Below are positions 13,652 through 23,880 of a stretch of DNA of 64,000 nucleotides, piece after piece; the first letter of the stretch is position 1; each line of letters opens with the position of its first letter. Source of the stretch: Lepidodermella squamata (taxonomy: Eukaryota > Animalia > Gastrotricha); the NCBI GenBank assembly GCA_047495785.1, contig JBLDXI010000021.1, positions 1,178,001 to 1,242,000 on the forward strand. The letters run 5' to 3'. The notes beneath the pieces were generated by a model, which saw only the letters and a program-made list of their open reading frames with translations, did no database searches and was not told where the DNA came from. Both the position numbers and the translations under genes were made by a program.

Positions 13652-14080
13652 ATGCCAAGAACCCCTGAGCAATTGCTTGAACACAAAATTAGAATGCGAG
13701 TGTATCGCGCTAACCGCTCTGCTGAGAAAATAGCCGCGGATCAAGAACGCGATAGACTGCGAAAAGCGGCATTAACTGCCGCTACTGTAGAATCTGCGGA
13801 AAAGCGAGCGGCGGCAACAAAGCGAGGTTTGTTATAAAAATTACGTGTTTCAAATTATATTTTCTTTTTATCATTTTCAGCATTGGGTGATCAACCCGTT
13901 GTGACGTATATCGACGAAGATGACATTATTGACTGGGAGCAGCGGCCGGCTGTAAATTATAGCACTTGGGACCCGTTACCTCGATTTCAACTAGCTGGAT
14001 GTACAATTTCTCTAAAACCTTGTGATAACGCTGTCAGGCCAAAAAACACTCGTGAAATGAATAAAATAAACAATAATTGA
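13652..14080 (+). CDS. Transposon cargo: unknown ~125-aa protein with charged helical N-terminus, 2 exons
   Basis: ORFs 13652-13837 and 13883-14080 join in frame through a GT-AG intron at about 13827-13880. Confidence 0.5.
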
Positions 14081-14270
14081 GATAGATTGGTGCTTTTTCC
14101 TTCTGGTTATAGACGTGTAATATAGAACAAAAATCAAACGAAAATACCATCGTATATTTATTTTGCAGCTAGGGTGAAACTGGCGAGTCTTGAACAATTT
14201 AACAAAATTACAACACATCCACATTTTTCGTGAGGGCAAGTTTCAACATTACTCGCATTTGAAATCAAAA

Positions 14271-16080
14271 TCACACATGAAGAGAGGCGCACATAATCAA
14301 TTCAGAACCTTCAATATTGACAAGGATTTTTTCATTTTTCACAGCTAATAATAAGCCGAAGAACGCTTTCGAAACGTTTTTACGATCTAAATTATTCACG
14401 ACGTCATTGAAGCTGAGATTATTCGAGGCAACAAGGGAAGATAATTGATTATAGAAAAAGCGATCGCTATCATCGTCAAGTCGTAATAAACTGTGAAAAA
14501 TGTGCGAGCCAGCCGGAAACAAAGATTCATCATACGGTTGTACGCTAACAGACTCAATCTCAGTTTGTACCTCGGTGGCCTCAACAGCATCGGCCGTGGC
14601 TGAATTTTCACCATTATCGGGAAGACTCGGCATGAATGACGGTATAGATCTTTTCGCAACGGGAGCGAACCTTTGTAAAATTGAAGCAGCCGGTCGTTTC
14701 CGAGAATTTAGTTCGGAAATAGGTACAGTTGATGTCGGCGGTTCATGAGGCAAATCGATAGGAGCAGCTCCGACTTGAATAACTGGAACTGGCACCAGAG
14801 TCGCAGGAATGTTGTCAGATACAACGCAGCCTGAAAAAATTAAGTAGGATTAAATAAGTCACTAAATAAATTAATTTAATTTACCCTGAGGCCAGCTTTG
14901 ATCAGTTGTGAGATAACTAACAGGCTGAGGAGCTGAACTGGGAGGTAACGGATTCCGAAAACCTGAATAACGAATAATAAAATTATGAATATAAAACAGC
15001 GACTGGTTCAACTTACTAGGAATGAACAGAACGTTCTCGTCTTTTCCAGTGCTGGCCGGGCGGATGACTACTGCAGTAATAAATACAATCACGAAAAAAA
15101 TTGGTGAATAAAACAATTACCAGGCTCGTCGAACTTGGGTATATCCTCCGCCTTGGTTAAGAAAATCGGCAAATCTACAATAATTGAAAGGTGGTAGTTA
15201 TACACGAAATCTATTCATCACTTGTTACCTAAGGCACCAAAAAGCGTCTTCTGAAGACGATTGCAGACCTTGATGCTGGGTTGTCTGATAAGTTGAAGGG
15301 CGGGGACAAGGCGGTCTGACAGAAGACTGCCAACACGTTCGGTTCCTTTTGACCTCGTCGTGTGAAATTCCGTGTAGAATGGGTCAAGTTCAATCTCCTT
15401 CTCAAAGAAGGTGAGGGTTGTTGATGGCTGGAGAGGCTTCGACTCGAAGGCAGTTCGCTCATCCCATGCGAGGACTTCGTGAATAGTAAGCAGAGGTTCA
15501 GTCTTGAGTTTCATCTCTGCAAGAAGTTGGTTAAAAGGAAAAGCAGGAATAGCTGCAGCCTCGAAGATGGTCAAACCAAAGCCGTCATCAATAATCGGTT
15601 CTGCATCAATAGGGGCGATCGGATTTTCAGCCACGGAAGTCATGTCAGGGGTCAACCGAGGTAGCATTTCAAGCGGCTAAATAATTACCAAAGAATTAGG
15701 TGAACAATTCATAACTGCGAGCTTACCATATGCGAGGCAATAGCGTCAGAAATATCCGCACAACCAAGCTGAACAAGAGCGGTCGCCAGATAGGTGTTCG
15801 TATCGGGACGCTCCGCTCTCCGTCTAGACATATCTACTTGTAAAATGCACGAAGCATCATTAGCATCGTGAAACAGCCTGTCAATTTTCAGGCTGTAAGT
15901 GACACTAAGAGAATAAATTAACTGGCCTGAGGTTCGCAAGTCAAGATTTGGCAACGATTCGGCGCATTCACAGAGGGCCTTGATGTCGACATTGGCGATC
16001 AGGGAAGGCTCGATCGGCTGCTTAGCAATGGACTTGCGAAACACACGCCCGCGTAGGAACAATTCGAGTGAACTCATCAT
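14271..16080 (-). CDS. Divergent Rad21/Rec8-family alpha-kleisin (cohesin subunit), 6 exons, ~515 aa, inside the transposon
   Basis: The N-terminal segment NVDIKALCE...LDLRTSGQLIYSLSVTYSLKIDRLFHDANDA matches the Rad21_Rec8_N pattern (LaLRlSgqLl.GvvrIY.rK...L..D). The C-terminal segment LSFNDVVNNLDRKNVSKAFFGLLLAVKNEKILV matches the kleisin winged helix (R..aA..F..lL.L). All five GT-AG introns splice in frame. Confidence 0.8.
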
Positions 16081-16452
16081 CGCAATAAGTTAATATCTAT
16101 GGGTAGAAGCAATACATGCGAAGGTAATGAGAACCAGCAAACTACAGCGTATGATCGATGTTGGCAGGCTTTAGCTAGGGCTTGATCGGAGAAGGGAGAA
16201 ATAGGTCATCGATGATCGCTGTCCTATACTCATCCTGAAGCATTCGACAGCCGCTATTTGTCAACCAACCCTGTTTTTAAATGGAATGATCAAGACAGAC
16301 TCGAACAAGAATGCACATGCACCCTCAGCAATAGTAGACGGCAGACGTGAGAGTTAAACCCTCTTGGAACAGCTGGAGACGATAAACCGCGAAAGGACCA
16401 GCAACCCCGCAGCCCCGCAGCCCCGTTGCTATCAACGTCGCTAATTAATTTT

Positions 16453-16583
16453 TTTTATATTATTCCGATTAACAATATTATTATTTAATATAAAATATTT
16501 AATAAACAATTCAAAATAAACGTGACAGTCGCAGGGGATTTTCGGCCCGCAATATGGGCACTGATGACATTGATGACAGCATG
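16453..16583 (-). repeat. Right terminal inverted repeat
   Basis: Reverse complement of 7380-7510. Confidence 0.95.
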
Positions 16584-17340
16584 CCAAAACTTGCCTTACA
16601 TCTACTTACATCAACGAAATTTCGACCATTTACATCCGCTTAGTTCCAAAAACCCGCAATTATTTGACTTTACACGGCTTGACTTCAAACATTTTACCCA
16701 AAAATTTCAGTTCGGGTCCATAAAAGTAATAAAAAATAAATGCTCAAACTCAACACATTTTTCTATTAACTGTTTTAGCATGAAGGTACAATCGCCTATG
16801 CCTTTACCTTCCATGAACCCATGTTGGTTGTCTTCTAAAATTTTCAAACTTTTAACCGAAATTTGCGTTCCAAAATACGCGCGTAACATTTTGCGACTAT
16901 GCTTATATTAGGCTTATTCCTCGGTAATTCGCACATTTTTTCAAGTCACCTTTCTTGGGTATCGGAATCAAAATTAGATTAAGAAAATCGTCAGAAACTC
17001 GCCTTTCCGTCCCAATTCGGTTAAGCAGTACATACAGCCACTCTGTTCCTATTTCTTCTTCCGATTTCCTATTTGCCATTAGCATCTCTTTACGCACCTC
17101 GTCTTGACCCGGTGATTTTCCAAGCTTCTCTTTTTTTAGGGCTTCTACTATTTCGTCGCGCGAGATGTTTTCCATGGTTTGTGCCGGTTCATTTACGGCT
17201 GAAAAATGAACAGCCGTCATTTTTCTAGCTGAGATTTATTTTCTACTTTTATGGTCAGTTCAACGCCATCTACTACTCCCATGAAATGTTGCCTCCATCT
17301 CCCCGCTACCTTCTCTGCTTCCGTCAAAATTTCGGCGATC
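16584..17340 (-). mobile_element. Decayed non-LTR retrotransposon (RTE-like) reverse transcriptase fragment
   Basis: Motifs RWRQHF, GKSPGQD, IPIPKKGDLKKCANYRGISL and QHGFMEGKGIGDCTFMLKQLIEK, spread over several frames with stops. Truncated at the transposon's right end. Confidence 0.85.
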
Positions 17341-17624
17341 TGTGAATCCACAACAAATTTGCGCGCATACTGTGGAATTAGTAGATAATCTATAAATGAT
17401 CTGCAAAAATAGCTTTTCGTTTCCACCTTCTTCCTTTTCTTGTTAGGTTCCATTGTTCGAAAATAAGTAAAACCACAGTTCGGGTAAAAAGTGTTGGCAA
17501 AATATTACTGATTTCTGCATGCAAAATCGGCATTATCAGTATCGTAAATATCGAAATCGCGGCGAGAGATAATATAAAACTACGCATATAAATAGGAAGG
17601 TCGAATAATCGTGATTTCCGAGCT

Positions 17625-17810
17625 TGGGGAAGTTTAGTCGACGGAAATCGCAAAAGCTGCTGCTGTTCAAGGCAGTGAACGGCCCATGGGCGCAGCTGTT
17701 CGACGTCGTAGTCGACGGTGGCCGGATCCCCCCGTGTAGAATTTCCGTCAGGATGGCAACCAGGTGGAAGCCGCAATCGCTGCCATTTTGTTTTTGCGGG
17801 CATGCGACAA
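17625..17810 (-). pseudogene. Ulp1/SENP-like cysteine protease C-terminal remnant of the transposon-associated type
   Basis: Reads ACPQKQNGSDCGFHLVAILTEILHG, then after a frameshift DPATVDYDVEQLRPWAVHCLEQQQLLRFP. Contains the QxNGxDCG catalytic-Cys motif. Confidence 0.6.
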
Positions 17811-20359
17811 AGTCAATGGCGAGGCGGCTTTTCGCGTCGCTCGAGCATAAAATCTACCATAAAATCATGAGAATGCACGTAACAATTAGCAATATAACAA
17901 TTTATCGTGACCGCGCATGCGCGCTGCAAGTGAGATCTCACTTGCGATCACAAATTGTCATGAAACGGCGCATATGCGGCGTTGCTTTGAATTCTCACTA
18001 GCAATCATGATATTTTGACATTTTTTTTATTCCTGATGACGATCACCTGTCTGCATCAACCTCAATCACTTCGAATCACTCTCATTGCCCTTTACTGGAA
18101 AGCAAAATAACCGCAGCTTTTTCAAAACCGTAATTTGAAAGACCGGAGAAAAGTTTGTAGTGGCCGAAGATGAGTTGATTAAACCTTCCTGCGGGCTCGC
18201 ATTATCGAAAACTTCACCTTGGTTGACCATGGGAGATGGGAGGATTGATCGGCTGTCTGTTTGAAGCCTCAGCGGCTGCAGCATTAGGAATAGAAGAGGG
18301 CGTTTCTACGCGCTTCTATATATTCCCATCCCTTTTATCGCGATTGGCGGGAAAGGGAAAAGGATTTTATGACGGCTACCATGCAGGTTGACAACAGGAA
18401 CTAACAAACGCCAAAATCAGTAGCAGACCACAACAAACGTCCAAATTTGTGGCGGATTAAACGTCATCCCGGGTAATGCCGGCATTGCAACTCATTTTTA
18501 TATAAATTGACCATAAATCGGCTATCGTAAAACTGCATAGGAGATTAGAGCCGCGCTGGACCGCATTGCTGTAACACTAACAGCGACGTAACCTTGGGGG
18601 AATAGGAAATCGGACATAACCAATAACCGAATGGCTATACAACAAACAACGGTTGACTCTGACGACTGAGATATATTCAAATTTCGGAACTCGCGCTTTT
18701 TACGCCTTGATTTGCTCAGAATAACGTCCTCTAGCTGGCACACCGGTGGCACAATGTCCCAGATAGGCGAAACCTGGTGAATTTCTTGCCTGGTGAATTC
18801 ATCAACGTGTTCCAGTAACCGCCCTCCAGCGCGGAAATCAAGGCGTCCAAGCGCCCTTCATTCCATACCAAGTCGGCAAGAGCATACCAAGAGCATCCCT
18901 TCATTCTTCGCAGATTTGGCCGGTTTCGGATTGCCGAACTGCCCATCGTCGCCGGCCGGCACGAAAGCGGGGAATTGGTCCAAAATCGAATTACTCGGTT
19001 GATGCGATTGCTTTTTAGGACTTGGGACTTCGAAAATCAACGGCGGGGCTCGAGGTGGTTCAGGAGGCCATTGGTTTGGCATGGGCCTGCCTCATCGCTG
19101 CCTTGGTTGAAACAGAGGAGGTAAAGCAGGAGGAGCGAACCGCTGCAGCATCGGCTGTTGCATTTGATGCTGCATAGGTTGCTGCCGCATAGGCCGCTGC
19201 TGCTTTGATGGCTGCTGCATAGGCCGATGCATTGGCTGCTGGTCGACAACTGCATTCTGCTCATAAAAAAAATAGTTTCGCGTCATTTTTTGACCATGAA
19301 AATGCTGTAATTCTTAGCGCAAAATAACTCGAAATATGTCGAGGTTAACCACGTTTTCCGAATGACGAAACAGAGCTATTGCCCACAATTATGGTCGTAC
19401 ATTAATTAGAGTAATTAAGGTCAATGAGGAAAATTGACGAGGATCGCGTCACGGTTTGATCACTATCGAGGCTCATCAAGACGGGGGGTGATTTGTCTTT
19501 GTCATTCACCTCGTGAAATCTCGTCTCCACTCGCCTACCGGCTCGTTCCGCCTCGATTTCACTCGTTTCATTCGTTTTACTCGATTTATATTTCGTGCTT
19601 CACTCAAATCAACTCTCATGGTAATCAACTCTCACTACTACTACTACCGATTTTTTCAAAAATGGGGCAGCATCGGAAGTCGAATGGAAGCAGCCTAGTT
19701 CTATTGTAGTAGGGAATGTCATTTTAGTGGTCCATTGGTGTCAGGGGTTTAGAATCAATTGAGGAGTTTCAAGAGAAAATCGGCAAAAAAATGTGCTTGG
19801 AATAAAATCCAAGAATTGCTACCGGTGTAAGTTCTGCGATCAGACGAAGGACGCAAGCCGCCTGCTGTTTCCAACCTTTGCGATGGCTGTGTTCCCTGTG
19901 TGACCGTGGCAGCATCTTTTGTTACGCGCAACGCCTTCGCAACAACGTCGAGTTGATGATTACTGGAACTAGCGCTGATGTTGGAGCCACATGCGAAGCT
20001 GAAGTGCCATGTCCGCGCTATCACTAGGGCTACGAACGCATGATGTCGAAGTATCCAGCTATCGCATATTTTCTTGAGGACGCCCTTCTTCAAGTCAAGT
20101 CAAGGTCACGGCCGCGTCAACAATCGTGTAAATGTGAACTAATACTTATCTACCTGATCGCGAGTGGGCAGTACGCACGCAAGCCTGGTCGTAATTCATA
20201 ACTTCACAATTATCTGTTTGACTGGTGTTATTCGTAGGCTAAACAGGGAGGAACTGTCACATGATCATCGTGCATATATTAAGTGTGCACTTGGTAGCCG
20301 ACTCCGCTTCACACGGAAACACGTTCGTGCCAAAACGCCCTCGTTGAATATCGATTAGA

Positions 20360-20891
20360 GACCTTTAGACTTTCGATTATATATAAGCCCTTGTGCTTTG
20401 ACGGATAGTTACCGATTGTTAGACCGGTTGTTAGATTTGTTGTTATACCTGTTAGACCTGATAGTTATCTTTTGTTATCAGTAAATAAAACAGCTGTGAG
20501 TTGTGGAATCTGCTGTCTCTTACCAGATTAGAACCCTGCTACATTTGATGTCAGAAGTAACTCTGGTTAAGAACGGCAGATCCTACAGTCAAGTTGGAAC
20601 CCGTGGAACCTGTCGAACTGGTCGAACCGACGGCAGTCAAATCTCCTGGAGATTTTGCAAAAGTCTAAACAATCGAGGCCTAAAAAGTAGACTGCAGCAA
20701 CCGTGCCGGAAATGGCGATGACGGCGTTGGCAATGGACAAGGCGATGATTTCAAGCTGATTCCGAGAATCAGTGGGGAATCATGGCACACCTTCGACAAC
20801 GAATGGCGACGGTTTGTGGACATCGTACAGTCTGTACTATGGCGGAGCATGTACGATTTTTCTAATCTGACCAGATTAGAATCCTGTTGCA
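20360..20891 (+). mobile_element. Degenerate LTR retrotransposon remnant
   Basis: TATATAAG (~20380) and AATAAA (~20484) precede an LTR-like end ...AGAACCCTGCTACA at 20543. It is followed by a PBS-like TGATGTCAGAAGT (compare TGGTGTCAGAAGT, complementary to tRNA-Leu). The LTR 3' end recurs at 20870-20891. The 5' boundary is not determined. Confidence 0.6.
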
Positions 20892-21378
20892 GAATAAAAA
20901 CTCACAATTCCTTAGGTTATTTAATAACCTAAGGAATTGTGACGTTATTACGTAACGATCAATTTCTTTCGTTCATGTACGATTATAATTTTTCTCTTCA
21001 TTCAAGGGTAAATTGAGAACATTTTCTACTTGCAATAGAGCATCGCAATTGAGAGTAGATTTTCCTACTTTGCCAGCCAGATGAATTTTTAGAAAATATT
21101 CTGCAAATACAGAATTATAGAGGAGTTCTTGGGCTATCGAATGCCGGTTTCCGGTTTCTGTAATTCCGAACGATTATCCTTGATTCGTGGCAAATTTTGT
21201 TATCTATTTTGTTATGTAAAAACGTGAAACAGATTATGACTCAACGGCGCACAATTTTTAGTTGCGTGCAAAGAACTGCTGCATAACACTTAATGCCCAT
21301 ATTTCGGGCAGTCGCAGCAGCCGCGGATTTCTGTTCTATTTTCCTATTTAATAGGACTACTTAATAGGAGACAATAAA

Positions 21379-23779
21379 ATGCGGATTTTTCTCGCAAAAG
21401 TTTTATCTTTCACTGCAATAATAACGCAGGTATAAACTTTATCTGCCATGGAATTGACTGATCCTGATTCTCCTCATTTTTTCAAGGTCGAATGCGTGAC
21501 AAAATGCACCGGTAAAATTATCACAGACGTGACGGCAATACGAGCCAACATGGCAAAATGGAACGAAACTTTCACCGCTGTTATAAATAACGTCACCGAC
21601 GCCAAATGGAAGTGGGCTTCGAACATCTCAATAGAAGCTGAAAATGTCAAGGTGGGTTATTGAAGAAATTCGCCGGAATTTTAATCAATTTTACAGGTGA
21701 CTGAAAATGCGAAACTGGCGCAACTCAGCAAAGAACTATGGCAAAACGCTGCCTGCTATGACTGCAAAACTGCTGGTTGTACACCCGATGAAATACGCCG
21801 GTTGGCCTATTATGAAAGTATAGGAACGGCCGCTTTGCCCACTCAGCAGTTCAAAGATGTATATTATTTACCCGAAAATTGCCGAATTTTTTGGGGTTTT
21901 ATTCCAGTATGCCTACACCCAAACAACGATGGAAAATGTCTACGCTACCGCTAAGGTGTGCCCCTCAAAGTCCGGGAGATCAGAATGTCTTCGATTGGAT
22001 CCTGGTACAGCATTTTATACCAAAATTAATCGATTCAAATGGGGCATATTTCAGAACTTTCTAACATAATGAGTAAATCTCGTGATTACTGTACTCTTCA
22101 ATGGGCGTGGGAGGGCTGGCGGAACGAAACAGGTCGAAAGATGCGCGGCTTCTTCACATCCTACGTCATTGTTAGCAACGAGGCAGCTAAAATGAATGGT
22201 GATACCGTAATTTGTTTGAATCATGCATTTTTCCATTTTTTTGTTAATTTTTTTCATTTAATTAATGTTATTTTAATTGTTAGGATTTGCCGATGCTAAG
22301 GAAATGTGGACAAAGCCGTACACTCGCGATGAGCCGACATTCTTCGAGCAAATGGAGCGGGCTTGGCGAGACGTGAAGCCACTCTACCAGGAACTTCACG
22401 CTTACACAAGACAAAAATTACTAACGACGATTTACAAAAATTACGCGAAACACTTCCCCAGCAGCCGGCATATTCCGGCTCACCTACTCGGAAATATGTG
22501 GGCTATGGATTGGACAGGGCTTTACGACATTCTTGTGCCTTACTCGGACGCAGCAGCTATCGACATTTCCGTCCTTTTAAAGCAAAACGTTGGAAAAAAT
22601 TTCTGCCGCTTAATTTCTTGATTGAGTTTATTGGTTTTCATTATCTAGAAATCCGGAGTGATGGATTTGTTTCGCGAATCGGACCGATTTTTCCAATCGA
22701 TAGGAATGGAGCCGATGACCGCTGATTTTTGGAAAAAATCAATTTTCACGCGACCAACCGATAACACGCAAATGGTGTGCGACGCTTCGGCCTGGGATTT
22801 TTTCCGGAAAACAGATTTCCGCATCAAAATGTGTACCCAAGTTAACCAGAAAAATTTTCAAACCGTCCATCACGAAATGGGTCACATCCAGTACTTCATG
22901 CATTACAAAGACCAGCCTATGGAATTTCGAGGAGGCGCTAATGCTGGTTTCCACGAGGCGATCGGTGACCTTATCGCGCTATCTGTCATGACCCCGAAGC
23001 ACTTGAAGGCTATCGGCCTTTTGCCGTCATCATTCGTCGAGGATGAGCGTAATTTTCTTGAAATATCTGTAGTTTTCCTTGATTTTTCTATTTTTTTAGA
23101 TACCAATCTAAACGCTTTGATGATGACCGCACTTCAAAAGGTTGCGTTCCTACCGTTCGGTTATTTATTGGACAAATACCGATGGTCGATTTTCGAGCGG
23201 AAAGTTGGTTTCGCCGATCTGAATGCCGAGTGGTGGAAGCTGCGCTGCCAAATGCAGGGCGTTTCGCCGCCGGTAATGCGAACGGAGGAGGATTTCGACG
23301 CCGGAGCCAAGTACCACATTCCGGCCTCGGTACCCTACGACCGTTACTTTTTTGCGATTATCCTCCAGTTCCAAGCTCACCGGGCCATTTGCCAACGGAT
23401 GAATATTACAAAAGATTTTCACAAGTGCGACATTTTCGGGCAGAAAGACGCCACCTCGGCGCTGCGCCGTGCCCTGGCGCTGGGTTCGTCCCGGCCGTAC
23501 CCGGAAGTGATGGAAATTCTGACCGGAAACAGGACGCTCGACTCGACAGCCTTGGTCGACTATTTCGCGCCACTCTACCGGTGGTTGAAAGAGCAAAATA
23601 AAAACGAAGAAAAAACGTCTTGGGATGAAAGCTGTCCGAGCAGCACACCGCCGTCGCCCTGCGGTGATTATCAAGCCATTAAGTTGCAACAATCGAATAA
23701 CGCGTTTATAACCAGGCAAAAATTGTTTGAAGTCTTATACTCCCTCGCTTTATTTATCATTATGACCGTAAGGCATTAA
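21379..23779 (+). CDS. ACE: ACE-like peptidyl-dipeptidase (M2), copy 2; recent duplicate of copy 1
   Basis: Same exon structure and highly similar sequence to 2284-5304, with HHEMGH and EAIGD intact. Homology also covers upstream DNA (~21010 vs ~1705) and the 3' UTR. Confidence 0.93.
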
Positions 23780-23880
23780 AATATTATTTTAACGCAATGG
23801 TGCTCTCGACTATTGAACAAAAATAAAAACAAGAAATGAGGTAGTTAACTTGATTTATTCGAGGTATAAAAAAGCTAAAA

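Larger units (their letters stand above)
7380..16583. mobile_element. 9.2-kb TIR DNA transposon with a RAG1/Transib-like transposase and cargo genes
   Basis: TIRs at 7380-7510 and 16453-16583 differ at 2 of about 131 positions, and the first ~70 bp are identical. Imperfect inverted homology continues to about 7637/16308. Ends are CATG...CATG, flanked on both sides by CC. It contains a DDE transposase gene. Confidence 0.92.

Noticed and set aside
10574-16300. RAG2-like kelch/PHD gene inside the element
   Set aside because: No kelch (GG) repeats or PHD cysteine pattern in any ORF there.
16555-16590. CTGATGA as a hammerhead ribozyme core
   Set aside because: No GAAA or pairing stems; it is part of the TGTCATCA repeat within the TIR.
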